From Cyanidioschyzon merolae (lineage: Eukaryota), in assembly GCA_000091205.1 (NCBI GenBank), contig AP006495.2: a stretch of DNA of 64,000 nt. One strand, 5' to 3'. The position numbers were made by a program, and so were the translations under genes. The notes below the pieces were generated by a model, which saw only the letters and a list, made by a program, of their open reading frames with translations, was not told where the DNA came from and ran no database searches. Below, in pieces: positions 1 to 11,206 of this stretch. Numbering within the stretch: the stretch's first letter is position 1; each line of letters opens with the position of its first letter.

Positions 1-58
1 CTTAACTACTGCTTAGACTGCAAAGCTGCTGCCCGATCACGTGGTCTTGGGCTGAAGC

Positions 59-1750
59 ATGACAAACGCAGCGGAAACAGATGCAAGAGACAGAACCCGT
101 CGAGGCTCGTTTGCTGAGTTTCGCGTTGTGCTTCTCGCCGGGGATGTTGGGTCGCGCATGCGTCTCTTCACGGACGCTGTCCCAAAGTGTTTGCTACCCA
201 TAGGCAATCGGCCGATGCTCTTCTACGCGCTGTACACGATCGAACGCAACAGCATTCCGGAGGTTACGCTAGTCACCACGGAGCGCGCACTCGAACGCGT
301 CACGTCCTACGTGGAGGAACTCTACGGGAACGATCCAGCGGTTATGGCGCTTCGGAGCTCAAGGTCATCGCAGCCGGATCTGCATGTTTGCATTGAGGCG
401 GTGCCGGCTGAACTGGGCAGCGGTGAAGCGCTTCTAAAGGTCACGAAATACCTTGACGCTGAGGACGTGCTCGTTGTCAGTGCCGACACGTTCGGACTCT
501 GGGATTTAGCATCGCTGGCAACAACGCATCGGGTCACTGGGGCTACCTGGACAATGATGCTAGCCAACGCAAAGTTCGGAGCCAAGAGCGACCACAACAA
601 GCGTTCTGCCAAGTCGCTGGGGCCTGCCCACGGCTCAAGCACGGCTGCCGATCAGATGGCCATCGGCACGCCTAGTCGAGACTGTATCGTCGTCGACGAA
701 GTTACGCAGCGAATTCTGTACTTGAAACCGGATGTAGGCGCTTTCGGGAGCGCGGATAACATTCGCCTACCGGGGGATGCGCTGCAAGCGGTCGGCCCGA
801 TGATGATCCACCGCGATCTGCTGGACCTGCACATCTACTTGTTTCGAAAAACGGCACTAGAGCTGCTTAGCGTGCGACCGCAATTGACAAGTTTGCGCGC
901 AGACCTGTTACCATATCTGGCCCGCAACCAGTTTGTACTTGAGAGGAGGCTTGCGCGTGCCCTAGGATCCGAGATGACGGGTGGAAGGGAGTCGCCGCTG
1001 CGAACGGCGTGGCAGCGATACCGGAATGCGCCCGCTGGCAGCGCTTCTCGAGTCCGATCGGTATCACCACATCGAAAAAGTGGTGAGAAAGACAATTGCT
1101 GGCTGCCGAGCCTGGAGCCTCTGCCTCTGCACAGTATCATGATTGGTCAGAGCCAAACTGACTCAGTGCGCCACGGACCCGTAAGTATTCGATGCCAGGG
1201 GTGTTTCAGCGCTCCCGAGGCAGGTCGAATTATTCGAGTTAATACAATCAGCGCCTACATAGAGGCTAATCGCCTCGTAGCTGCGGGCGTGGTATACGGC
1301 GACCTCAGAGGCGCTAGCGCCGTCACGCCAAAACGATGGTGCAGCGAGGCGGCAACGCAAGGAGGTACAGTGCAGATCACTGGAAAGAACGAAGAGACAC
1401 AGGCCACGCGCGGGGAACAAGCTTCGGCGCGCGTTCATATCGCAAAGGATTGCTTGATAGCGGCGGAGGGTGTCGAAATATCTCCAGGATCTACGATCAA
1501 AAACCAAACCGTGGTGCATGTACACACGATCGTCGGTAGGCGGTGCAAGCTGAGTGCCTGCATTATTATGGATCATGTTAGGATCGGAAATGAATGCCTG
1601 CTCCAGAACTGCGTCGTCGGGAGTAACGCGCAGATCCACGACCGTTGCCAGCTACGCGACTGTCTCGTTGGACCCGACACGGAAGTGCCCGCTGGTACGA
1701 TCGAAACCGGTGAAGTGTTCACGCGCGCCGATATCCCTTTGGTGGATTGA
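59..1750 (+). CDS. eIF2B gamma-like subunit (nucleotidyl-transferase domain plus left-handed beta-helix)
   Basis: Uninterrupted 563-aa ORF from the ATG at 59. The N-terminus carries an NTP-transferase motif (VVLLAGDVGSRM ... LPIGNRPML). The C-terminus carries hexapeptide LbH repeats (VHIAKDCLIAAEGVEISPGSTI ... IGNECLLQNCVVGSNAQI). NT plus LbH without a W2 domain is the eIF2B-gamma architecture. A GDP-mannose-pyrophosphorylase-like enzyme cannot be excluded. Confidence 0.6.
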   Translation: MTNAAETDARDRTRRGSFAEFRVVLLAGDVGSRMRLFTDAVPKCLLPIGNRPMLFYALYTIERNSIPEVTLVTTERALERVTSYVEELYGNDPAVMALRSSRSSQPDLHVCIEAVPAELGSGEALLKVTKYLDAEDVLVVSADTFGLWDLASLATTHRVTGATWTMMLANAKFGAKSDHNKRSAKSLGPAHGSSTAADQMAIGTPSRDCIVVDEVTQRILYLKPDVGAFGSADNIRLPGDALQAVGPMMIHRDLLDLHIYLFRKTALELLSVRPQLTSLRADLLPYLARNQFVLERRLARALGSEMTGGRESPLRTAWQRYRNAPAGSASRVRSVSPHRKSGEKDNCWLPSLEPLPLHSIMIGQSQTDSVRHGPVSIRCQGCFSAPEAGRIIRVNTISAYIEANRLVAAGVVYGDLRGASAVTPKRWCSEAATQGGTVQITGKNEETQATRGEQASARVHIAKDCLIAAEGVEISPGSTIKNQTVVHVHTIVGRRCKLSACIIMDHVRIGNECLLQNCVVGSNAQIHDRCQLRDCLVGPDTEVPAGTIETGEVFTRADIPLVD

Positions 1751-3211
1751 GGAAAAGCGACGTACTTCGTTTACGATTCGATCATGAAGGCGTTCATGAT
1801 ACCGAGGATCTTCAGGATCGCCACTGCGAACTAAAGAGCGTGGCATTGGATTTCGCCCGAGCTGGCATGCGGTACGCGGTACCTGAGCAGCGTGCCAGCG
1901 AGCGCTTCAAGCGAAGATGCAGCCAGTGGGATTGAAGGGCCCATTTCCACCGATGAACATGCCAATATTAGATGAACGCATCCCCCATGGATGCAGTAGC
2001 ATCGAAGTATAGAACCACATGACGGTTCACTCGTTCGCCCAGGGACATCGTTCTCGATGAATGGATGCGACGCTCGAGCCGTGCTGGAACGCTCAGCTGC
2101 ACGATGTCAGCGGCTGCGTCGGGGCGACCATCCAATGCCCTCTGTACCTGTCACTGACGTCAATTCATCGCAAGTGTTCAGCGTGCCCATACAATGCCCC
2201 AATGAGTACAAAATGGTGCGTTTGAAGGTGCGCTCGACACAGAGCCGCTTGACGATGAGGAAGCACAGTACGTTTTCGGGTATTGATCGAGACGTTCCAG
2301 TTTCGATATAGCGCGAGCCTTTAGCGGATGGGTGCTGGTTGCGTCACCGCGAACCATTGGTCTCGAATTCAGCTGCCTTACCATCTCGTGCATTCGGCTC
2401 CATTTCATGCTCATCTTTTGGATGTGTTTAAATGGGCACTTGTGCTCTTGATGCGAATATATGTCGTCCTGAACGCATTCATAGGAATTGCCCAGAATCG
2501 ATTCCTGTATGCAGTGTACGCTTTTGTCGGAAGCGCAAGATTGCAGACCTTTGCGAGCTACGGCACGTCCCGTGCAACAACCTACCTGCAAAAGATGCGA
2601 ACTTTAAGTAGTTTCCTCGTCCAGTTCATTGAACCAGTTGAAAAATGCACGCATCTTGCCTCCGCTCCACTGAAGCCGATCGCGACCCCAGCACTGCCTC
2701 ATATACGCCTGCCAGTGGTCGTCTACACGAGCCATCTGGACGCTCATGTGCTCTGTGGAACGTGGAATCCCCTCCATCAGACCCGCATTTTTCTGGGTCT
2801 GTGAGGTCAGGCTGAAACCGCTGGAGGAAGCGATCCTTGAAGCACGCAGTATTGACCTGCACACAGTTTCAGTATATGAGGTTGGTTGCATACGTATTGA
2901 CACCGCCGCTGCAGATGCTCCGGTTGCCGACACCGAGCGACGACGCGTCCGTGTATGCTCGGAGACGCGTGTGCAGAAGCAGATGCAACGATCAGGCCGT
3001 ACTGCATCTCCTGCTCCGAAAATCAGTAGTCGCACGAAGATTGGATCGAATACTTCCGAAGAATGCAGACTTTCCGCGACTATTCTCCAAATAAAACGAT
3101 ACATTCCTTTTGTTGAATAATTTTGATAACAAGATACAAAAACAGCGTGCTGGTGCAGACATTCCAGCATGCACTGCGCAGCGTACCACATCGAGCGGTG
3201 CGCGTGCGAAC

Positions 3212-4453
3212 CTAGTGGAAACCGAACATGTGCGGAATCGCACTGAGGTACCGGTCGCCGGTGTAACTCAGGCTCGGAGCCAATGGATACCGTCCCAGCG
3301 CGCGCCAACGAGCCACATTGGAAGATAAGGTCGACAGAGGGCTACCTACGAACAGGTGCGCCCCATAGACAGCAAGATACATTTCAGATACCACCGAAAC
3401 GATGTGATTCCGTCCAGGGGCCGGCAACGTCGGCGACAGCACCTGCCAGCTCTCTTGCACCAGCGCGGTTAGATCGTAGACTCGACTGGGAGCAGCACCA
3501 CAATCCCCTTGAGCCTCCACGAAAGTTTTCCACAGCGCCAGCGTCTGCAGTGATGCCCCATGCCCGTCGTGCATGACGTAGAAATGGAGCGGACGCGCGT
3601 CCGGATCGCGCCGCTGGATCGCGCACAACTGGCACAGGGCGCAGCGTGCACTCGAAGACACGCAGGCGCTCTCGTTTCCCGCCAAGACCCATGCGTGCAG
3701 CGCGTTTGCCGGGAAATCATCCGGACGTCGTGCGTGCGCGCGCGGCTCGAAGCCACTGCGACGCAGGTGAACGACAACGACGAGCGGCGGTGAGGCGGGC
3801 GCTCCCTCGAGGGCCCCCCAGTGCTGCATCCATAACTTGGCAACAGGGGTTTCGCGCAACGTAATGCGCTGCCAGAGACGCAAGAATGACGCTTCGCTGC
3901 GCGTAAAACATCGCATTAGGCCGTATAGATGGGCGAGCTGGAGCAGGAGCGGCCCTGCGCGTGCCGAGGCATCTCGCAGGCTGCCGAGTGCATCGCCGCA
4001 GGCCGCGTCGCGATGGAGGCGTAGGCTGATGTTGCGGGCGTCGAAGACTGTGGACATGCTGCCACGGCGCCTGCATCGGGCTGCTGTCGATTCTGGTAGG
4101 ATCCATCTACGCAGCAGAGCGGCATCGATATCGAGAACATCGAACCAGGTGTTCGAAGTGGTAGGGCGGGCGCGTTCTACCAGTGCGGGCACCACAAGAC
4201 GGCGGCCTAGCAGCTGTGCTAGATGAATACCGACGAATAGTGCCATGAGCTGGTTATTCCAAGCACCGTATGACGGATCATAGGATAGGAGGTATGTGCA
4301 ATGACTTGAAACCCGGCTCCTCCAGTGGCAAAGCACGAGGCCGCCTAGCCAAGCGAGCAGTACGATGAGCGCCCTACGGCCGAGGAGCTTTAGCGTACCC
4401 GCTGACCAAGCTCTTTGTTGTTGATGGTTGTACTTCGAGACTGTTCTCGGCAT
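3212..4453 (-). CDS. putative type-II membrane glycosyltransferase, fucosyltransferase-like (GT11/GT23/O-FucT-type motifs)
   Basis: 413-aa ORF starting at an ATG. There is an N-terminal signal-anchor (LIVLLAWLGGLVLC). The catalytic region has GAWNNQLMALFVGIHLAQLLGRRLVVP and an HLRRSG motif that recalls the HxRRGD motif shared by alpha2/alpha6/protein-O-fucosyltransferases. Family assignment is tentative. Confidence 0.4.
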   Translation of the reverse strand: MPRTVSKYNHQQQRAWSAGTLKLLGRRALIVLLAWLGGLVLCHWRSRVSSHCTYLLSYDPSYGAWNNQLMALFVGIHLAQLLGRRLVVPALVERARPTTSNTWFDVLDIDAALLRRWILPESTAARCRRRGSMSTVFDARNISLRLHRDAACGDALGSLRDASARAGPLLLQLAHLYGLMRCFTRSEASFLRLWQRITLRETPVAKLWMQHWGALEGAPASPPLVVVVHLRRSGFEPRAHARRPDDFPANALHAWVLAGNESACVSSSARCALCQLCAIQRRDPDARPLHFYVMHDGHGASLQTLALWKTFVEAQGDCGAAPSRVYDLTALVQESWQVLSPTLPAPGRNHIVSVVSEMYLAVYGAHLFVGSPLSTLSSNVARWRALGRYPLAPSLSYTGDRYLSAIPHMFGFH

Positions 4454-5287
4454 TAGCGTATAAAGTTGACAAGAGTGCTACAGAGTTCATGGAGCAACAC
4501 CTGCAAAGGGAGGGAGCTCTCCCGGGGCGAGCTCGCTTCGTCGCCCGGCGCTGGCGTCTACCCTGTCGCCAGCTGTGCGCTGATGGGGCAGGTACCCGCA
4601 CTCCCGTAGCGCTAAGCGCTCGGTGTGGCTTTCTAGCTGCTATAAATATCAGAAATGGGAGCAGCCGCTTTGGTACCCGAGCAAAAACGCTCCGATCCTT
4701 CTGTGCACGTGTTGCAACAGAGCCTGTACTTAGCCGTGCCAGGGGGCGCGCGGGCTGCGCATTGCCCGCTGACCCCCAGAGCGAGTCGCAGCCGCTCCTG
4801 CATGTGCCTACTGGTCGAGTGCCGGTTTCGCTGCAGGAATCCAGAACGGTGTGGTGGTAGTTTTGCGCGTCGCTGGTGACAACTGGGTATCTGGGGACGC
4901 TGTCTCGTGTCAACGGTTTGTGCAACATAAAACATTAGTAGAGCAGGAGCGGTCCCAGGAGCCGTACCGAGTTCCCGCACGACCTGGACCCGAGCCGCAG
5001 TGCGAGCTCTTCAGACCGCTACCCGGAGCCCGGGCTACGGATGCCTCGTGTGCATAGCTTGCAGTTGTGGACGCTGCGTATCGGCTGCACGCTCGAGGCG
5101 GTTACCGAAGCCGCACACCGATCCAACCTTCGTTCGACCGGGTGTACCTCGTGCAGTGGCGCTGCCAGCGGACGAGTTACTCGACAGCGAGGCATCGCCC
5201 GCCGGGAACCGTCCCGTCGGTTGCACGCCTCTTGAGCGCCCAATCGCAGGTGCTGGTGAGGCAGTTATTGTTGTCTAGGCTGGCAAT

Positions 5288-7432
5288 ATGGCTCAAACTG
5301 CAACACTGGTCGAGCGAGACCTGCGTTCTCTGCTATGCTCAACGCGAGCAGGTTGCTGCTTTGCTGCCGCCGTGGCACCGGAGCGCCTCCGGCGCCGAGC
5401 TCTAACAGGCGCAGCCGCGCATCCTCCAAGGCGGAGCGGTTACCATCGTGGGTGTCCTTGTGGGGATGTTCGCATGCCTGGACTCCATGCAGGGAAGCAG
5501 GCATTGCTATGGCGATACCAGAGATCACTGCCTCGACGACAGCAGCAGTATTGGGGTCGGCACGCGTGCCGATCTGGCGTGCTGATGTCCATTAGAAGCG
5601 CACTGAGCGAGCAGCAGGCAGCTGCTTCAACGGATCTCCTGATTCTCAGCAACGGCCCCGGCGAGCTTTATACTTGGGTTCGACCGCTCCTCATGCATCT
5701 CGGCGAGGAGTTTCGCATTTCCATCGCGTTGACGCCTTGTCCACACGCTAGCGGTAGAGAAATGGACGCAGTGCTGCGCTTTCCGCATGTGGCACGGGTT
5801 TTGCCACCAGCCCATTTCTGGCGACTGCTCCTCGGAATCGAGTCGCATGGGTTGTGGGAACCGGGCGACTCAAACGCAGGTTCTTCGTCTGCCGACATGG
5901 AAACGTTCTGGCGTCGACAGGGGGTCGTTCTATTTCTTGGCGGTGACCAGTTTTTTGCAGGCCTTATTGCGAGAAGGCTCGGGTACCCATGCGTAGCCTA
6001 TGCTGAATGGGATGCCATGTGGCCCGGATGGATTTCCTGTTATGCAGTGCGGAGGCAAGCGATCCGCCAACGGGCCCGCAGGCACCTGCTTTATCGGCTT
6101 TTTGTGGCTTGGGCATGGATCCTCGGACTCTGGGGGGTCACTCTCCAGCAGCGACGGCGAGCAGTTCCCAGAATCGTGGTGATCGGCGACCTGACAACGG
6201 ATGCAGTTTGGCAGTACGACAATGTTCGGGAAAAAGCGAAGACGCTACGCGATTTGTACGTTGCGGCCTACGCGGAGACGCATCTGGGCGACTCGACCGC
6301 GCACGAGACGAAGCTTAGCCCCCAAAACCAACATTCCAGTGAGGTGCGCTCGACAGCTGCAGCCCATCAGAATCGAGTGCCTCGTACGTCGGTGTTGCAG
6401 GCCGGCTCCTCGCGGGAAAAGCATATTCTCGTTGGCCTGCTACCGGGATCGAAACCGAGCAAGCTGGCAATCATGGTTCCATTCTTGCTGCTGTGCGCGT
6501 ATCATATACACATGCGCGCAATGCGCTTGGGTGTTGGCCCCGTGGTGTTCGTGCTCCCAGTGGCACCGGGCTTGGATACAGCAACAGTACAGCGCTTTGC
6601 GGATCCCGCTCACAACTCAATGTTTCAGTTCATCCCGGGCGCCTCTGCTCATTCGTCGCTCTGCACCAAATTCACAGCTGCAGACGAGCCAAGCGTAGCC
6701 ACGGAACAAAGTAAGCGACCCGCTCCACATGCGCAAGTCGCACAGGCCATGCCCTCAGCGCTGGACCCAGACGAGCGCAATATGGAGGCCGGCCCTGGCC
6801 CGCTGGCCCCGTGCCTGCTTATTGATCGCGTGCACGCCCCAGCAGCGGGTGCAAGCGGCGTAGGACGTCTCGAAGCTAGCGCTGTTCAAGTGCCGATTTT
6901 TTTACACGAAGAATCCCCCGCGTATGCGTTGCTTGCTGCTACAGACATATGCCTGACAACCGTTGGTGCAAATACGGCGGAACTGGCCTCGCTTTGGACG
7001 CCCGCCCTGGTACTCGTTCCCACGCATCGATTGGATGTAATGCGCGCATGGGACGGAATCTTGGGTATTCTGTGTCGTTTGCCTCTGATCGGTACGATCA
7101 TTACGATCCTGACAAACCGCATCATATTGTGGATGTATGCGACTCGCCGCTGGGGCTACTTTGCGCTCCCTAATCGCTGGGCAGGGAACCGCGAACTACT
7201 TCCAGAGCTGGTTGGTAATTTGGATGCTCAGCAAGTTGCGGCCCGGGCGCTCGGCCTGGCACTCGATCAGGATAGGTTGCAGCTCATTCGACATGCGTTA
7301 CGGAACCATGCGCAGCCAAGTGGTGCAGTGCGTCGCCTTGCGGTGCTTGTGCGGCATGCACAACGCACTGCAGCAGTAGCTGCACCGAGAGAGGCAGTTG
7401 CTGATGCACACGACTCGTTGCGTACCGCATGA
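5288..7432 (+). CDS. lipid-A-disaccharide synthase (LpxB, GT19)-related protein, cyanobacterial-type
   Basis: 714-aa ORF from the ATG at 5288. The conserved core begins near residue 117 (LLILSNGPGELYTW) and contains an LLPGSKPSKL motif matching the LpxB LLPGSR box. The first ~110 aa are Arg/Ala/Ser-rich and look like a targeting peptide. The alternative start MSIRSALSE lies at about 5585. Confidence 0.5.
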   Translation: MAQTATLVERDLRSLLCSTRAGCCFAAAVAPERLRRRALTGAAAHPPRRSGYHRGCPCGDVRMPGLHAGKQALLWRYQRSLPRRQQQYWGRHACRSGVLMSIRSALSEQQAAASTDLLILSNGPGELYTWVRPLLMHLGEEFRISIALTPCPHASGREMDAVLRFPHVARVLPPAHFWRLLLGIESHGLWEPGDSNAGSSSADMETFWRRQGVVLFLGGDQFFAGLIARRLGYPCVAYAEWDAMWPGWISCYAVRRQAIRQRARRHLLYRLFVAWAWILGLWGVTLQQRRRAVPRIVVIGDLTTDAVWQYDNVREKAKTLRDLYVAAYAETHLGDSTAHETKLSPQNQHSSEVRSTAAAHQNRVPRTSVLQAGSSREKHILVGLLPGSKPSKLAIMVPFLLLCAYHIHMRAMRLGVGPVVFVLPVAPGLDTATVQRFADPAHNSMFQFIPGASAHSSLCTKFTAADEPSVATEQSKRPAPHAQVAQAMPSALDPDERNMEAGPGPLAPCLLIDRVHAPAAGASGVGRLEASAVQVPIFLHEESPAYALLAATDICLTTVGANTAELASLWTPALVLVPTHRLDVMRAWDGILGILCRLPLIGTIITILTNRIILWMYATRRWGYFALPNRWAGNRELLPELVGNLDAQQVAARALGLALDQDRLQLIRHALRNHAQPSGAVRRLAVLVRHAQRTAAVAAPREAVADAHDSLRTA

Positions 7433-8933
7433 TCCAGGGAAGCACTGCAACAACTGCAGCGTGAGAAGGGAAAGCCGCGGATCTACGCAACAACCAACGC
7501 ACTGCATCCTACCAAAGTTCACCATGACGGCTTCTTCGTTGACAGAACACCACCTTCGACGCTCCCGCGCCGGCCGCAGAGGCTCGAAAACAACGCGCTC
7601 CTGACGTATCCATGCCCAGGGCCGACGTTCCCGCGCAACGCACGCATATCGCCAGTGCGTGTCACTGCGCCTCGTAGATGCGTGTCGGATCGGTGCTGGC
7701 TGCTGCGTACCCGCAGTGAGGCACCGCCTGGCTGACGTGATCATCCGTGGACGGTTTAAGGCCAGGTACCGGCTACGAAGCCGTCGTCGCGACTCTTCTG
7801 GTGCGGCACGACGGTTCTGGTGTACCGATAAACTTCCTGTGTGCTGTCCGGGAACCAGTGATACGTGTGTGGATCGAAAAGTGTCCCAGGTATGAAAATT
7901 ATATTTTCTTTTCTGTTGACGGGCGACGACAATTGCTAAGAACTGTGTTTATACGAAATTCTGTGGATCGAAATGTAGCGGAACACTGGTGCACGTCGTG
8001 CGGCAGCCGGAGGTGCCGCCTACGTGTCCAAGCTTGGGTCAGTTTTTTTACTTGACAAACGTATCGTCGTGTCGAGAAAAGAAACCTGGTTCCAATGCGT
8101 TCGATTGAGGTACTAGTCAATCACACAGTACCCAGATCTGACGAAAGTTTTCTTTTCAGCTTCAAAGCGACAGCTCCAAGCTCTCTTCACACTAGCTCGC
8201 ACTAGCCGCAGTGGCCACTCGCGCAACTTGACGCGCCTTCCGACCGCTTGAGGTCACTCAGCGTGCGAAACCGCGGGTTCGCTCGCGTCCCTGGAGACGG
8301 CGTTTTCTCCTTGCCGGTTTTCGTAGCCGCGCTCGATGATGCGCTTGGGCGTGACTGCTTCTGCGCGGACCACGTCGGCTGCACCAGCGACAGAAAGAAC
8401 GCTACTAGGAGTCCGTACAGCCACTGGAAGAGCTTGCCAGTGGCGTGCAGCGGGTTCGCCACTAACGAGCGCCAGCCGCGCACAACCTGTCCGTCTTTGC
8501 GTACGTACATAAGCGTTTAGAAACTAGATGCCGTTGTGTCCAAGTGAGTACAAGTCCCGTATACGCTGCGTCTTGCGCTACGTGAGCTAAACGAAACGTT
8601 GCGGAAGAACGTCGCCAACGAACAATCGCGCAGTAAGGGTGCGCTCCGGATTGCACCCGAAAAATGCCCAACGGCAGCGGCCTCGAGCGGAGCACCGATC
8701 GCCATGCAGCAGCCTGCGGACGTTTGCCAGCGCGATGCGTGCGCGGTGGCGGCGCTGCAGCCGCCATCATCGGTCGCATACCTGGGACACGTTTCTCGCT
8801 AGAAATGGATCCTGTCGAAATAGAAACGCGCGCTACGATCGTGGCGTTTACCGTCCGTGCAGGCAGAGCGCGGAAGTAGCCGGTGCGTGTGGTTGTGTGT
8901 GTCCGAGTCGAAAGGCGCACGCTGCCGCGATAA

Positions 8934-10064
8934 ATGTCCTCGCAGAGCACGGCGCTTTCGAACGGTGCCAAGTCGGTAACCAGTGGGCAGCCCGACGGGA
9001 ACTCGGACGCGCGGGTCGTCTACGGCGACCGTCTGCGCTTCGTGCCGCGGAATATCCTTGTGACTGGCGGTGCCGGCTTTATTGCCTCGCACGTAGTCGA
9101 ACGGCTCGTGAGTCGATATCCCCACTACCGCGTGACGGTACTGGACAAGCTCGACTACTGCTCGTCGCTGAGCAACCTCGCGCAGGTGGCAAACCGACCA
9201 AACTTCAAGTTTATTCGCGGCGATATCCGCTCGCATGACCTGGTGCTTTACGTGCTCCAGGAGGAGTGCATCGATACAGTGCTCCACTTTGCGGCGTGCA
9301 CGCATGTCGACAACTCGTTCACGTCCTCGATCCTGTTTACGGAGAACAACGTGCTGGGAACGCACGTCCTCCTGGAGTGCGCACGCCAGTACGGCAAAGT
9401 GCGGCGCTTCATTCACGTCAGCACCGATGAAGTGTACGGCGGCGAGAGCAACATGGAGACAGAGTCATCGATCCTGGCACCCACGAACCCGTACGCATGT
9501 AGCAAGGCCGCCGCCGAATTCATTTGCCGCGGCTACGTCAAGTCGTTCGGATTGCCGGTGATCATCACACGCGGCAACAACGTGTACGGGCCGCACCAGT
9601 TCCCCGACAAGCTCATTCCCAAGAGTATCTGTCTGCTGGCGCAACGCCGGCCCTGCTTTGTACACGGCTCTGGTGAGCATGCACGCAACTTTTTGTACGT
9701 CGAGGACGCTGCGAGCGCCTTTGACACCATCCTGCATTGTGGCGAGACCGATGAGGTCTACAACGTAGGCTCTGAGATCGAGAAACGCAACATTGACGTT
9801 GTGCACGACATTATCGATCTCTTCGGCCTGTCTGCCGAGGCGAACCGCCACATCGAGTTTGTCAAAGATCGCACCCTCAACGATATGCGCTACAGGATCG
9901 ACTCGTCGAAGCTGCATGCGCTGGGCTGGAGGCCGCAGGTGTCCTGGGAAGAGGGCCTGCGCCGAACCAAGACCTGGTACTGTGATCCGAATAACCTGAA
10001 GCGCTGGCCGAATTATCTCAGTGGCCTCGTACCGCATCCGAGTCTCACCGAGGAGAAGCACTAG
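8934..10064 (+). CDS. dTDP/UDP-glucose 4,6-dehydratase (extended SDR, RmlB/RHM/TGDS family)
   Basis: 376-aa ORF from an ATG. It has the Rossmann motif NILVTGGAGFIASHVV, HFAACTHVDNSF, and catalytic YACSKAAAE (the YxxxK motif). The C-terminal EVYNVGS ... NDMRYRIDSSKL ... GWRPQVSWEEGLRRTKTWY is typical of glucose 4,6-dehydratases. Confidence 0.85.
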   Translation: MSSQSTALSNGAKSVTSGQPDGNSDARVVYGDRLRFVPRNILVTGGAGFIASHVVERLVSRYPHYRVTVLDKLDYCSSLSNLAQVANRPNFKFIRGDIRSHDLVLYVLQEECIDTVLHFAACTHVDNSFTSSILFTENNVLGTHVLLECARQYGKVRRFIHVSTDEVYGGESNMETESSILAPTNPYACSKAAAEFICRGYVKSFGLPVIITRGNNVYGPHQFPDKLIPKSICLLAQRRPCFVHGSGEHARNFLYVEDAASAFDTILHCGETDEVYNVGSEIEKRNIDVVHDIIDLFGLSAEANRHIEFVKDRTLNDMRYRIDSSKLHALGWRPQVSWEEGLRRTKTWYCDPNNLKRWPNYLSGLVPHPSLTEEKH

Positions 10065-10561
10065 GACGGCATTCATCGCGTACGCATTGAGCATGCAGCA
10101 GGCGAGAATTCGAGCGACACTGCCGCTGGTCTGTGCATCGCAGACGGCGATCCGCAGAGCAGCGTGGCATAGGATCGCCAGCGGATGCGCCTTTTGTACA
10201 TGTATGACGGTTCCAAGCGTGTCTCAGGTGCGCCTCTCTCGACAAGTCTGTAATACGAGGCGCTTTCGTGTCGCCTGCAACACAGGACGCATCTGAAGCG
10301 ATGCGCACCGACGAAAGCGCGTGAACTCTATCGACCGAGGGTCGTGGGCTTGCGACCTCATGATCTTGTGCCGGTTGCAGAGCGTATGTTACAACACACG
10401 ACAGCAGCAGGGCAGTTGACGCGGCACAGGTTCGCGCGCGGCAGGTACAGCGAGCTCTGGGCGGCCTCGGTTGCACCGATACGCTCTACGCTCGACGCGC
10501 TTCTGTTGCATAAACGTGTACTGAGGCTGTGCTCCAATAACCTGCAAGACGCCCATGTTCT

Positions 10562-11206
10562 ATGCAACGCGGTTTGCAGAGGTATGCTTTCGTCGAGTTT
10601 GCGTCTGGAGGCGCGTTGTTACGGGTGCGGCGGGTGAAGCATTCGGCGTCAAGAACTAGCCGCACACCGGCACGCTGTGCTGTGTCAGAGCCGTCACCAG
10701 CGTCACCGTCCAGTGGCGACCAGCCGACCCAGACAGTGCGTGTACGACCTGGTGAGCGGTCGCTGCGGCTGAATGCGCTACAGCGCTGGTTGCTCGGCCG
10801 ACTGAGGCGAAGCCTCGAGCGTCTCTCCCCCGGCAACGTGCCCAACCTGCTTAGGAGCGCCGTCGCGCGGGCGCGTGGTGCCCCCGCGGACCCACCGCCC
10901 TTGGACGATGACTACCTCGACAGTGTGCTGCTCCCAGAGTCAGATGAGCGGCCCTTTATATCGCCGGCACTCCGACGCGTCCTGCGCGACGCGCCTGTGC
11001 AGCCTGCCAAGGGCGTTTACACAAGCGACCCGTCGCGGACGTTCTGGGAGCAACTGATCCTCTGGGCAGGCGTGGTGCTCGTCGCTCTCGCCGTCCTGCG
11101 CGTCCTTTGGCTCTTTATCAGTGCTATCCTGGGAATTTCGCTGAGTCTCATCGTCATCGCCGTCGTCACCGTGTTCGTTTTCGTGGCGTTCACAGTACTC
11201 GGCTAG
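10562..11206 (+). CDS. hypothetical Pro/Arg-rich protein with C-terminal double transmembrane tail
   Basis: 214-aa ORF from an ATG. It is low-complexity and ends in a hydrophobic segment (ILWAGVVLVALAVL ... IVIAVVTVFVFVAFTVLG). No family was recognised, so it may not be a real gene. Confidence 0.25.
   Translation: MQRGLQRYAFVEFASGGALLRVRRVKHSASRTSRTPARCAVSEPSPASPSSGDQPTQTVRVRPGERSLRLNALQRWLLGRLRRSLERLSPGNVPNLLRSAVARARGAPADPPPLDDDYLDSVLLPESDERPFISPALRRVLRDAPVQPAKGVYTSDPSRTFWEQLILWAGVVLVALAVLRVLWLFISAILGISLSLIVIAVVTVFVFVAFTVLG

Noticed and set aside
2604-3308. 234-aa minus-strand ORF ending ...GGKMRAFFNWFNELDEETT, just downstream of the FucT-like gene and overlapping its last 97 nt in another frame
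   Set aside because: No motif was recognised, and it overlaps both a plus-strand ORF and the 3' end of a better-supported gene. It could be a small real gene, but the evidence is insufficient to call it.
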